IMG/VR virus record: IMGVR_UViG_3300005535_000012
Location: 1-39,583 of that record
Reading direction: 5' to 3' (one strand)
Origin: a virus
Length of the DNA stretch: 39,583 nucleotides
Position 1 is the first letter of the stretch, and the number at the start of each line of letters is the position of its first letter. The position numbers and the translations under genes are program-made. The notes beneath the pieces were generated by a model. It was given only the letters and a program-made list of their open reading frames with translations. It was not told the origin of the DNA and did not search any database. This document shows, piece by piece, positions 1 to 8,110 of this stretch.

Positions 1-60
1 GCCCCGCTCGAAGGCACGGGCAATGGGGCGGATGAGCGGGCGATGCGCGTAACTGATGGC
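1..60. repeat. Terminal duplication: nt 1-60 identical to nt 39524-39583 (circular closure / assembly overlap)
   Basis: Compared base by base; both copies read gccccgctcgaaggcacgggcaatggggcggatgagcgggcgatgcgcgtaactgatggc. An ORF stays in frame across the join. Confidence 0.95.
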
Positions 61-1314
61 CTCGAAGCCTGCGACTGGTCCGGCGTCTCTATCGGGAACA
101 AAGCCATCATCAAATACGCGGTGGAGTTGCTCCGAAACCGCGTCCTTCGCAATGAGGATGTGGGAACGGTGGCCGCCGATCGGGCGTTCCCGGCGAAGAA
201 CGGCTATTTCGTCTATGACCCAGAAGGCAATGGGTTTGATCTGTATGACACGGATGCAGAACGCGCCAAAGCGCACAACACGGCCATAGAAGAATGTCGG
301 CGGGCAGCAATCGACGACGGCGAATGGCCGCTCGAAGTGGACAGCATCGTATCTGGAGTCGTCACCCACAAAACCGCCGCGACTAACGTAGACGGCGATT
401 CCTGCGAGTATGCTGCCGCTCCCTCCGCAGATGCAGCGGCAGCGCCGGCAGACGAGCGGGCGGCGTTCGAGGTGTACATGCGCGCTCGGCATCCGCACGT
501 CGAATTGTACCGGCGCGACGTGCGCTCATCATCCCGTTTCGGGCAGTACTGCCGCGAGTTCGCTCAGGAAATGTGGGGGCTTTGGCAGGCCCGCGCGGCA
601 GCATCGCAGCCAGCAGCGGAGCCGATCATTCCGGCCGAACTGCATCACGACACCGCAAAGCTCGTGCGCCGGTTCGCTCGTGCGCTCGCCAACAAGCTGC
701 TGTCCGCGCAGCGCAAGTACGGCTACTCGGACAACTGGATGCGCGACGATTGGGCGGACGAGTGCCGCGCCGAGCTGATGCGCCATATCCAGAAGGGTGA
801 CCCGCGTGACGTCGCAGCCTACTGCGCGTTCTTGTGGCATCACAACGAATCGACCGCAGCGGCAGCGGGGCAAGAGGCGGTGGCGTGGGTTCGCAAGCAC
901 CCTGACACGGGCGAGCTTTCGGGAGACTGGCTCTGGAATGACGCCATAGAGCAATGCCGCAAGAATTCCGGCGTTTGGTTCCCGCTGGGCTTTCTCACCG
1001 CCGCGCCCGCGCAGGTCGTCACTCGGCAGGGGCTGACGGACGAGCAGTGGTACGACCTTGCGTCGCGGCATGCCAATGCCGAATGGAACGGCGACGGCTA
1101 TCTGGCTTCGGTCAAAGCGCTCTGCGATGACTATCGCGCCCTTCTCGCCGCTCAGCAGCCGGAGCCGCGCGCCGAGGTGACGGACGACGAGTACTGCCCG
1201 AACTGCAATTGCCAACGCGACGGGCACGCGCCATGTGTATTCGCTCAAGACGAGGCGAAGCGGCGTGCCAAGTTGGCTCCCATTGAAGCCGGCCGCGCAG
1301 GAGACGAAAAGTGA
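1..1314 (+). CDS. 3' part of junction-spanning ORF (5' part at 39134-39583); modular Ea22-like early protein, ~567 aa once the 60-nt duplicate is removed
   Basis: Position 1 is codon-aligned with 39524 (39134+390). No stop until TGA 1312-1314. Ala/Pro-rich linkers separate modules. The central segment KYGYSDNWMRDDWADECRAELMRHIQKGDPRDVAAYCAFLWHH resembles lambdoid Ea22/DUF550-type early proteins (recollection, not searched). Confidence 0.7.
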   Translation, partial: APLEGTGNGADERAMRVTDGLEACDWSGVSIGNKAIIKYAVELLRNRVLRNEDVGTVAADRAFPAKNGYFVYDPEGNGFDLYDTDAERAKAHNTAIEECRRAAIDDGEWPLEVDSIVSGVVTHKTAATNVDGDSCEYAAAPSADAAAAPADERAAFEVYMRARHPHVELYRRDVRSSSRFGQYCREFAQEMWGLWQARAAASQPAAEPIIPAELHHDTAKLVRRFARALANKLLSAQRKYGYSDNWMRDDWADECRAELMRHIQKGDPRDVAAYCAFLWHHNESTAAAAGQEAVAWVRKHPDTGELSGDWLWNDAIEQCRKNSGVWFPLGFLTAAPAQVVTRQGLTDEQWYDLASRHANAEWNGDGYLASVKALCDDYRALLAAQQPEPRAEVTDDEYCPNCNCQRDGHAPCVFAQDEAKRRAKLAPIEAGRAGDEK

Positions 1315-1400
1315 GCAAATACCAGAAACTCGACGCGCTGATCATCGCTGAGATCGAGAGGATCGACCGTGCCGACGCCCGCGCAGGAGAAGGCCAATGA
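1311..1400 (+). CDS. Small coupled ORF, 29 aa (MSKYQKLDALIIAEIERIDRADARAGEGQ)
   Basis: GTG overlaps the upstream stop (GTGA at 1311-1314). Its stop overlaps the next ATG (ATGA at 1397-1400). GGAGA lies upstream. It fills an otherwise empty gap and is below the ORF-track size cutoff. Confidence 0.35.
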   Translation: MSKYQKLDALIIAEIERIDRADARAGEGQ

Positions 1401-1681
1401 CCGAACCGATTCTGACGCGCGACCAGATCCTAGAAGCGCTCACTATCCCCGGCCTGAACGTCGAAGCATCCTTGGAGCCGCGTGAAGTCGAACTGCTTTG
1501 CGTGGTGATCTCCGACTTGCTGGAGAAGGTTTGCGGGGAGCCTATCTATCAGGCGCGCCAACGTTCTGATGAGGACGATAGGTGGGATGACGTATATGAG
1601 GCCACGCATTTCGCTTGCTCAAACGAGCCCAAGTTTTACGAAACGCGCATCGTCTACGCCCTCACCCGGAGCAAGCCATGA
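1397..1681 (+). CDS. Hypothetical early protein, 94 aa
   Basis: ORF with AGGAGA SD; ATGA coupling at both ends. Confidence 0.6.
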   Translation: MTEPILTRDQILEALTIPGLNVEASLEPREVELLCVVISDLLEKVCGEPIYQARQRSDEDDRWDDVYEATHFACSNEPKFYETRIVYALTRSKP

Positions 1682-1932
1682 AGATCACCGATGACATGCT
1701 GACGGAGTGGTTTCCGCCAGAAGTGAAACCGATCCGCCCCGGAATCTATCTCGTTAAGAAGTTCGCCCACGTGGACTGGCTCTATTGGCGCTATTGGGAT
1801 GGAGATTTTTGGAGAACCGGGATTGTCTATGAGTGCTCAGCGCCTGATACGCGTTTCTCAAAGGGCTTAAGCAAGGCATCGATCCAAGATGTTCAATGGC
1901 GCGGCCTAAACAAGGAGCCACAACGTGACTGA
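1678..1932 (+). CDS. Hypothetical early protein, 84 aa, Trp-rich (start moved to ATG 1678)
   Basis: ATG 1678 overlaps the upstream stop (ATGA) and has a GGAG SD. The track ORF 1615-1932 begins inside the upstream gene. Confidence 0.6.
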   Translation: MKITDDMLTEWFPPEVKPIRPGIYLVKKFAHVDWLYWRYWDGDFWRTGIVYECSAPDTRFSKGLSKASIQDVQWRGLNKEPQRD

Positions 1933-2242
1933 GAGAGAACTGGAAAATAAGGTGATCACGTTTCGTGATTTGATCAACAACCTGCTTGGCTCATGCACAA
2001 GTTCCGAGAGGATTGATGCTCGGCGAGAACTTGTCGGAGCATACCGGCAGGTGCTCGATGAACTGCAGGTCGCCCGCCGCACCACGCCAGACAGGGAGTC
2101 GATCATCGAGGAATGCGCGAAGGTGTGCGATGAAGCTGCATCACGCCGCTGGTATGCAGAAGATAAAGCGTACGAGGGCTGCGAATTCTGTGCTGAAGAA
2201 ATACGCGCCCTAAAGACCGCCCCCAATGGAGATGAAAAATGA
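1925..2242 (+). CDS. Hypothetical early protein, 105 aa
   Basis: GTG start with AAGGAG SD; 8-nt overlap with the upstream gene; ends GDEK-stop overlapping the next ATG. Confidence 0.6.
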   Translation: MTERELENKVITFRDLINNLLGSCTSSERIDARRELVGAYRQVLDELQVARRTTPDRESIIEECAKVCDEAASRRWYAEDKAYEGCEFCAEEIRALKTAPNGDEK

Positions 2243-2337
2243 AACGTTTCGCCATTGCATTTGATGAATTTTGCACCGCCTGTCGCTGGCTGTCGCCATT
2301 CGTCATGTGGGCGACCGCCTACGCAATTTTGCACTGA
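2239..2337 (+). CDS. Small hydrophobic ORF, 32 aa (MKRFAIAFDEFCTACRWLSPFVMWATAYAILH)
   Basis: ATGA overlap with the upstream stop; GGAGA SD; fills the gap before 2345. Confidence 0.3.
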   Translation: MKRFAIAFDEFCTACRWLSPFVMWATAYAILH

Positions 2338-2344
2338 GGAAAGC

Positions 2345-2752
2345 ATGATCGACATCTTGAAGATGAAAGCGCTGGCGGCGAAATGCCGGGAGCCGGCCAG
2401 TTCTTGGGATGTTTCGTCCACACTGGGGGACGCCGCCAACGCCATCGAATCCCTCCTATCCGAACTCGAAGCCCGAGAAGCGGATCGGCGAGATGCGCTG
2501 CCGGATGGGCTGTGGGTATCGGGATACAGAATGCCTTCTGGCGTCAAGATCGTACGCACCATGCAGATCAAGGGGCCGGATAAATGGAAGGTCACTGATG
2601 GGTTCTCGTGCCTGAACAAGAATGGAGAATGGGAATACGAACCCATCCCAAGTGCGCGCGATAAGGAATTCTTGGCGCGATGCCGGTTCGATTCGGCACA
2701 AGAGGCCATAGACGCCGCCCTTGCGCAACGACAAGAAGGGGAAGAGAAGTGA
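2345..2752 (+). CDS. Hypothetical early protein, 135 aa (start moved to ATG 2345)
   Basis: GAGGAAAGC precedes ATG 2345; same frame as track ORF 2255-2752. Confidence 0.6.
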   Translation: MIDILKMKALAAKCREPASSWDVSSTLGDAANAIESLLSELEAREADRRDALPDGLWVSGYRMPSGVKIVRTMQIKGPDKWKVTDGFSCLNKNGEWEYEPIPSARDKEFLARCRFDSAQEAIDAALAQRQEGEEK

Positions 2753-2937
2753 GCCAAATCGACGCAAGACAGGTTCGCGTGCTTCTGCTGCAACTGCGCC
2801 AGATGGCAGTCAACGGCTGGAGCGAAGGTATCGACCCGCGTGGGCAATGCGAAAAGATCGTCAGCAGGATAGACGAATTCGCGTTCGCGCATCGCGAGGA
2901 ACTAGGCACTCGTGGTGACGATGGAGATCCGAAGTAA
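2749..2937 (+). CDS. Hypothetical protein, 62 aa; last gene of the plus-strand operon
   Basis: GTG 2749 overlaps the upstream stop (GTGA). Same frame as track ORF 2680-2937. Followed by an AT-rich spacer and a terminator. Confidence 0.5.
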   Translation: MSQIDARQVRVLLLQLRQMAVNGWSEGIDPRGQCEKIVSRIDEFAFAHREELGTRGDDGDPK

Positions 2938-3031
2938 GTGAAATCAGTGTTTCAACGAATCTTAGAGATCACACGCAAGGAATGGGGATTTGATCACATA
3001 AATACTACAAAGGAGGAGTTGTAATTATTTA

Positions 3032-3086
3032 AAAAGTCCTAGGAGTTAGCATTGGATAATGCTTTCTCCTAGGATATATGTTTTTA
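3032..3086. terminator. Bidirectional rho-independent terminator between the convergent operons
   Basis: Nested perfect inverted repeats: tcctaggag (3038-3046) / ctcctagga (3067-3075), with inner agcatt/aatgct. An A-run lies upstream (a T-run for the minus strand) and ttttt lies at 3082-3086. Confidence 0.8.
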
Positions 3087-3087
3087 G

Positions 3088-3879
3088 TCAACGCACACGG
3101 CGCGCTGCAATAAATCCCTGAGCTGTTGCCGTGCTTGTAGCAAAGGCCGCAGTAGCTACTAGATAAATAGTCGTGGTAGTAGAAAGACTAAATCTTTGCT
3201 GAGGAACTGCATGCTGCTGCGTTGTATTGGTCGGAAACGTACCGTTGCTGAAAAAGCTCAATGGGTTTGCTGGTAGACCTGCTGACACAGACGAAATGCC
3301 AGCCTGAATACTTGATGTAGTAGTAGTCGCAGCAGCTGAATAATTGAAGGCACCCCAAACATCCCAATCGCCAGCGGTTAGGGTAATGAAAGAAATGTTA
3401 GCATTAGTTGCAGCCGTTAGACTGACTGACCCCGATGTTGCTGTAACATATTCTCCAATACTTCCTGCATTTACGTTATCGCCTAGAGTGGTTCCAACAA
3501 TGCCAGCCGTAGTAGACGGCGTGATGGCTCCGGTAAAGGTCGCTCCCGTCGTCATCGCATAGCTAGAGCGACACGTAAATCCAGTGCTTGTAGTCCAGTT
3601 CAGCGCGCTACCCGATGCGCTGCAACTCGGCATGGCGAATGCTGTGGGCGACGTCGATGAGCCGGTGGCGTTTGCGAGAACCGTATTGGCAGCAATCGCC
3701 GCGATACCGTTGACGCCAATGCCACCCCACGCCGGCGCACTTGACGATCCTGTCGAGACGATTGCTTGACCAGAACTGGAGCCAGTCGGATTAAGCAGTT
3801 GGACCGGCACTGTTGTGGCCGCCAGCACGACCGATGAAAAGAGCGCAAGGAATGCGCCGAATAGTTTCTTCATTCTCAT
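3088..3879 (-). CDS. Secreted Ser/Thr/Gly/Ala-rich protein, 263 aa; fibre-like composition, function unknown
   Basis: N-terminal Sec-type signal MRMKKLFGAFLALFSSVVLAATT. ATGA overlap with the upstream ORF. It is the terminal gene of the late operon. Confidence 0.65.
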   Translation of the reverse strand: MRMKKLFGAFLALFSSVVLAATTVPVQLLNPTGSSSGQAIVSTGSSSAPAWGGIGVNGIAAIAANTVLANATGSSTSPTAFAMPSCSASGSALNWTTSTGFTCRSSYAMTTGATFTGAITPSTTAGIVGTTLGDNVNAGSIGEYVTATSGSVSLTAATNANISFITLTAGDWDVWGAFNYSAAATTTTSSIQAGISSVSAGLPANPLSFFSNGTFPTNTTQQHAVPQQRFSLSTTTTIYLVATAAFATSTATAQGFIAARRVR

Positions 3880-4115
3880 TCTCCGTCAGGGATAATGGCG
3901 CCGTCGCCAATGGTAGAAGATAGGGCTTTATCGCAGTGGCCAGGATTGATCCAGTTTAAGAACTTGCATAGCACGCAGCCCCACTGTCTGCCGGCATTTC
4001 GCGCCTTCGCCGCGCGTTCGCTGATCGTTTCGTTCGGGGAACCACCGAATAACGTATTCCCGGCCTCATCTAGCAGGACTAGCCAGTTCAGGAAATAGCG
4101 GCCGATCTTGTTCAT
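3876..4115 (-). CDS. Hypothetical protein, 79 aa, in the lysis cassette
   Basis: ATGA coupling at both ends; contains GGSPNETISERAAKA and a CxxC...HC pattern. Confidence 0.6.
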   Translation of the reverse strand: MNKIGRYFLNWLVLLDEAGNTLFGGSPNETISERAAKARNAGRQWGCVLCKFLNWINPGHCDKALSSTIGDGAIIPDGE

Positions 4116-4678
4116 TGCTGCGCTCCCGGAGGCGTCGATTTGGCGAGAAGGTCATTGACCTGCGTGGTGTCACTCGTGCTGCCGAACCAGAAGTGAACGA
4201 CGACTAGCCATACAGTGCCAAGCGTGCCTGTTGCAGAATAAATCAAGGCCTTGGCACCTTCCGGAACCGGGTAGACAAACAGACCGATCAATAAACCGAA
4301 GAAGCCAGCAGTGATGAGAAACGTGAGCCATGCCGGCACAATCGATTTATTAGCCGTCTGCATATCGCGAGCGCTGATCGTATCCTGCACCTTCAGCGAC
4401 GCCAGAGTTTCCACATCCTTGAACCCAGCTTGGGCCATCGCCAAGGCATAATCTTGATCTTTTGCCCGCATAGCCGCCAGTTGCTCAGGTGTAGCACCGC
4501 TAATCGCCGCAGCAATAGCATTCTGCCTGTCATCGGTCGAGGCATCCGATTTCGGTGTCAGGCCAAATACCGATTCAAGCGCAGCGAGACCTCCTCCTAC
4601 GAGGGGGCCACCTAGAACGGTTCCAATAGTCGGAGCAAGTTTAACAACGACATTGAGTGCATCTGTCCAACCTGACAT
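4112..4678 (-). CDS. Holin-like membrane protein, 188 aa (3TM, GTA-holin-like)
   Basis: Start moved to ATG 4678, 7 nt after AAGGAG. It has a Gly-rich hydrophobic N-terminus and two strong C-terminal TM segments (IVPAWLTFLITAGFFGLLIGLFVY, LIYSATGTLGTVWLVVVHFWFG), and sits directly downstream of the endolysin. Confidence 0.5.
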   Translation of the reverse strand: MSGWTDALNVVVKLAPTIGTVLGGPLVGGGLAALESVFGLTPKSDASTDDRQNAIAAAISGATPEQLAAMRAKDQDYALAMAQAGFKDVETLASLKVQDTISARDMQTANKSIVPAWLTFLITAGFFGLLIGLFVYPVPEGAKALIYSATGTLGTVWLVVVHFWFGSTSDTTQVNDLLAKSTPPGAQQ

Positions 4679-4711
4679 GATCATGCTCCTTTCACGGTAG
4701 ACCAATCCATA

Positions 4712-5155
4712 TCAGCTCCCCAACAAAAACAAGGCGCGTTCCGCATCGCGGCGTTTTACAAGACCCGGAAGCGTTACGCCTGCGGCATGGATCCATTTTC
4801 CGAACTCGCTGGACGCAGCCTGAGCATCGCCAGAATTAAAAAGACGGAGAAGCGTAGAATTCGAAAGCGCGGTCAGTCCGAGGTTGTAGGAAAAATCCGC
4901 CAACGCGCCCTTCTGTTCATCAGTCATCGGTACCTTAACGATCATATCGAGTTGGCCACCGATAGTGCGCATCCGATTGGTGAGATCCGAGTCAGCCTGA
5001 TCCTGCGTCCATACCGTGTCGCGGTTGATGCCATAACCGGTAGCACCGTAGCCAATCGTCGGAACGAGCCACCCTTTAGCCGGATCAGGATAGGCTTTCA
5101 GCTCACATCCCTCGAATTGCTTGGCAAGACCTATTGCCATATCGAGCCAGTTCAT
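4712..5155 (-). CDS. Endolysin, GH24 T4-lysozyme-type muramidase, 147 aa
   Basis: Catalytic signature AKQFEGCELKAYPDP...VPTIGYGATG, plus the C-terminal LPGLVKRRDAERALF typical of phage lysozymes. Confidence 0.9.
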   Translation of the reverse strand: MNWLDMAIGLAKQFEGCELKAYPDPAKGWLVPTIGYGATGYGINRDTVWTQDQADSDLTNRMRTIGGQLDMIVKVPMTDEQKGALADFSYNLGLTALSNSTLLRLFNSGDAQAASSEFGKWIHAAGVTLPGLVKRRDAERALFLLGS

Positions 5156-5595
5156 TGATTTTCACCTCCAGTGAGAACTTTCAGGATCCGCTCGTCGCCT
5201 TCTTTCAAGGCTTGTAGTAGAGCGCGATGGTCAAGCAACATGTCTCGCTGGGCTTCGGCAATCAGAAGAACGCCCTTGAGCGTCTTGTCTTGAGCCTCGG
5301 AGAGTTCTAGCAGCATCCCCAAGATTCGCTGCTGCATTTCAGCCATCGCAAGCAGATTTTTCACTCCATCCCATATCAGCCTGAGCAAGCGAAGTGTTTC
5401 TTCTGCGGCAACTGTAATCACAGCGCTAGCAATAGAAGCTTCGCTAGACAAACTTAAGTTCGTCCCGCCCCAATCCGGATCATATCCCCACGCATAGTGA
5501 AGAAATAGCGAACTGGCGATGAACGTAGATAGTGCTATCAAAAATATCTTCGGTGAGCGAAACCGTAGATAAATTCGATACAAGACCTTACCCAT
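5152..5595 (-). CDS. Membrane protein, 147 aa: two N-terminal TM segments plus a long helical C-terminus (DUF1003-like by eye)
   Basis: IFLIALSTFIASSLFLHYAWGYDPDWGGTNLSLSSEASIASAVITVAA followed by a Leu/Glu/Gln-rich helix. AT-richer than the genome core. The start is uncertain (ATG 5595 vs upstream GTG 5631). Confidence 0.55.
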   Translation of the reverse strand: MGKVLYRIYLRFRSPKIFLIALSTFIASSLFLHYAWGYDPDWGGTNLSLSSEASIASAVITVAAEETLRLLRLIWDGVKNLLAMAEMQQRILGMLLELSEAQDKTLKGVLLIAEAQRDMLLDHRALLQALKEGDERILKVLTGGENQ

Positions 5596-5983
5596 GCCGA
5601 AGTCCCAAGTATCCGATGACGATTTCACCAATGAACAGAATGACCATAGCCCAACTCATGCGTCGGTTAAAGCGAACTTCCTTGGATGCAACCATCGCTG
5701 AGCGCTCAGTTTCAAGATCAACAACACGCTGACCATAATGGTCAAGTCGTTCATTCAGGAACTCGTCTCTGTCGAGGCGTTCGCGTATATCGCCCCGCAA
5801 TGCAGCGATATCCTCTTTGGTGGCGATCGATTCACGCAGTTCGCTCATGAATTCATTGAGACGCTCAATATTTTCTTCAGCTTTATCAAGGCGTTGTGCG
5901 TCGTGGGCGCGCTGTCGCCGGATATCTTCGATCTCGGCTGCAAGTTTTTTATCGGCAGCATGAAGTTCTTCAAAGGTAAACAT
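5588..5983 (-). CDS. Tail-anchored coiled-coil membrane protein, 131 aa (XhlA-like architecture)
   Basis: ~100-aa charged heptad-like region, then a single C-terminal TM (MSWAMVILFIGEIVIGYLGL). GGGGA SD. AT-richer region. Confidence 0.6.
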   Translation of the reverse strand: MFTFEELHAADKKLAAEIEDIRRQRAHDAQRLDKAEENIERLNEFMSELRESIATKEDIAALRGDIRERLDRDEFLNERLDHYGQRVVDLETERSAMVASKEVRFNRRMSWAMVILFIGEIVIGYLGLRHG

Positions 5984-6014
5984 GAAATCCCCGTTATCCG
6001 TGTTTTATATGAAA

Positions 6015-8042
6015 TTAAGCGCCGGCAGTATTGACCGACCATCCAAACCCAAGATTCGATGTTGCTGAAGCATTGGAAGAGATGGTAAAAGTGGTTGCCG
6101 TGACAGCACTCACCCAGAAGTTTGAGATCCCGGCTGCGCCAGGACTTCCGGTCGCCGTCAACTGGATTTCATATCCTTGAGGCTGAACATCAAGTCCGTG
6201 AGAAACCACAATGGACGAGTTCCCGGAAAGAAGGGTTGCGCTGCCAGAGTTCGATGTTTTGTAGCCGACATTGTGGTGGATGTACTTGCCAGGGCTTGAC
6301 GAACTTCCGTCAAAAATATTTCCGGCATTTCCACGAATATCACAGTCAGCAATAACGAAATTCGTCGATGAACCTGAATCAATCGTGATTCCATGACCGC
6401 TATTTCCTGTTCCACCACCAAAGTTTCCAAGCGACGCACCGATAATCGACCAATCACTTTGATTTGCGCCTACATGAACTCCATTGGAGTTTTGCTCAAA
6501 AACACCACCTAGGATTCGGAAGTCATCACCTTTGGTAAGCAAGATCCCATCACCCATATTGCTGACGCATTGAGGATCGATGAAATGAATACTCGAACAC
6601 GAACCAGTACCGGAATTATTAATTTCGCACCCATGAGAACCATTATTACCAAACCAGCAATTACTGAAACGTACATTACTTACACTTCCAGTAGATGATG
6701 GAATAATGAAAACTCCACGCTGGACATTACTATCAAAAAATGTATTATCTGACCACACTGCATAAGCGAGTTGAGAAGCGCCAGGGGAAATAATCATGCC
6801 AGTCCCTTGGTGCTGGATCTCGCATTGTACAATTCTTAGATCATTAGTTTGATTAACAACAATACCAAAAGAAGGCTGACTTCCAGAGGGCGCATCCATA
6901 ACAATATTCATGACCAACTGGTCGAACCCTGACGAATTAGCGCCGATAACGATAGAGCGCCCAACTGTGGCTACAGTATTGCGAATCTGTCCATCTCGTA
7001 TAACAGCAATAGTCGAGCTAAAACTTATTGCTGTATATGCTCCAAAGACAGAGAAATCTCTAAGTGTATGGGTAGCACCCGAGGTAAAGTTAAACGTCGT
7101 TCCGCCCGTCCTAGTGACGCTATGAACAATATTCAATCCGGCTATTTCAATATCAGAAGCAGAGATATCGAACAAATCATCAGTCGGAGAATTGCATGTT
7201 AACGTAGTGCCATATTCAAAATCACCAAGAAGCTTGAAATTATTAACAGAAATATTGATAGTTCCGGCGATTAGATAATTTCCGGCAGGAACGTATAGAC
7301 AATGGCCTGACATATTAGCGATTGCATTGTTGAAAGCCGAAGTATCATCGGTAACGCCATCTCCTTTCGCCCCAAAATCTTTTACAGTAACAAAATCCTG
7401 AAGCCTAGATTTAACGGTTCTGGTTACCGCATTTGAACTGCCCTGGTTATATGATAATTTGCTTGACTGAATACCTGCATTTAGAGCAACGCTTGCGTCA
7501 GTAACACTTCCCGACCCCGGGGTTCCTATAGCAATCGTATTTCCTACTTTAATATTTACTTCATTTACACCAATTGGAATCGCCGAATTAAATGTCACGA
7601 CAGTTCCTGAAACAGACCATGTATCAGGAGTCTGGTAGACACCATCAAAAAAGACCCACAGATTTGCCGGGGATCCTGGGGAAGATGAAATCGTGAGAGT
7701 CGTCGTAGTGCCCGGAGTGAAACCAGTCCCAGACAAATAGGCGTTGTCGGTCATGTTCCCGATTAGACCGCTGCTCGTATCTTCCGTGATTTGGTCCCAG
7801 ATCAAGTTGTTAAACTGATCATAGACGACCTGCCGATAAGTACCCGCCCCCCAGATCAATGCTTGCCCGTTCGCATCTAGAACAATAGGATTTGTGTTAA
7901 GGATGGTTTGGGCTGGGTCCTGCCACGTATTCTTGAACGTAGAAGTGTTGGGGATGTAGAAATAGACCGATCCACCAGCGAGCGGCTTCCCGTTCGAATC
8001 GATGAACTGACTTTTTGCATTCGGCAGGATGGTAGCCGCCAT
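6015..8042 (-). CDS. Tailspike / depolymerase, right-handed beta-helix (pectate-lyase-3-like), 675 aa
   Basis: VKDFGAKGDGVTDDTSAFNNAI motif followed by long Asn/Gly/Ser-rich beta-helix-like sequence. The N-terminal head-binding-type region and the gene position match P22 gene 9. Confidence 0.75.
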   Translation of the reverse strand: MAATILPNAKSQFIDSNGKPLAGGSVYFYIPNTSTFKNTWQDPAQTILNTNPIVLDANGQALIWGAGTYRQVVYDQFNNLIWDQITEDTSSGLIGNMTDNAYLSGTGFTPGTTTTLTISSSPGSPANLWVFFDGVYQTPDTWSVSGTVVTFNSAIPIGVNEVNIKVGNTIAIGTPGSGSVTDASVALNAGIQSSKLSYNQGSSNAVTRTVKSRLQDFVTVKDFGAKGDGVTDDTSAFNNAIANMSGHCLYVPAGNYLIAGTINISVNNFKLLGDFEYGTTLTCNSPTDDLFDISASDIEIAGLNIVHSVTRTGGTTFNFTSGATHTLRDFSVFGAYTAISFSSTIAVIRDGQIRNTVATVGRSIVIGANSSGFDQLVMNIVMDAPSGSQPSFGIVVNQTNDLRIVQCEIQHQGTGMIISPGASQLAYAVWSDNTFFDSNVQRGVFIIPSSTGSVSNVRFSNCWFGNNGSHGCEINNSGTGSCSSIHFIDPQCVSNMGDGILLTKGDDFRILGGVFEQNSNGVHVGANQSDWSIIGASLGNFGGGTGNSGHGITIDSGSSTNFVIADCDIRGNAGNIFDGSSSSPGKYIHHNVGYKTSNSGSATLLSGNSSIVVSHGLDVQPQGYEIQLTATGSPGAAGISNFWVSAVTATTFTISSNASATSNLGFGWSVNTAGA

Positions 8043-8051
8043 TTCGATGTA

Positions 8052-8110
8052 TCCTAAGGAAAGTGGAACATGCAGCCGCTCTAGCGTGCTGCGTGTCTCT
8101 GCCCTTAGGA
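8052..8110 (-). promoter_or_regulatory. Stem-loop in the tailspike 5' leader that includes the SD-like AGGA
   Basis: 8-bp inverted repeat tcctaagg (8052-8059) / ccttagga (8103-8110) enclosing an inner hairpin gcagc.cgc..gcg.gctgc (8072-8092). The 3' arm on the mRNA lies ~10 nt upstream of ATG 8042. Confidence 0.3.

Noticed and set aside
1-60. The 60-nt end repeat as a genuine short direct terminal repeat of the virion DNA.
   Set aside because: A long ORF with a good SD crosses the join in frame, and the P22-like packaging genes predict headful, circularly permuted DNA. An assembly overlap is more likely.
529-1248. Large antisense or off-frame ORFs in GC-rich genes (e.g. 529-1248 -, 1906-2892 -, 9385-10353 +, 10713-11696 +, 22440-23021 +, 29904-30707 +, 35360-36202 -).
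   Set aside because: They have the Arg/Pro/Ser/Ala-rich composition typical of GC shadow frames, lack SD/start coupling, and each lies fully inside a better-supported gene on the other strand or frame.
1923-1932. Identical cgtgactgag at two gene junctions (1923-1932 and 38372-38381), both giving ...RD-stop / MTE... starts.
   Set aside because: A 10-nt match is expected many times by chance in ~40 kb. Apart from the shared coupling logic there is no flanking similarity.
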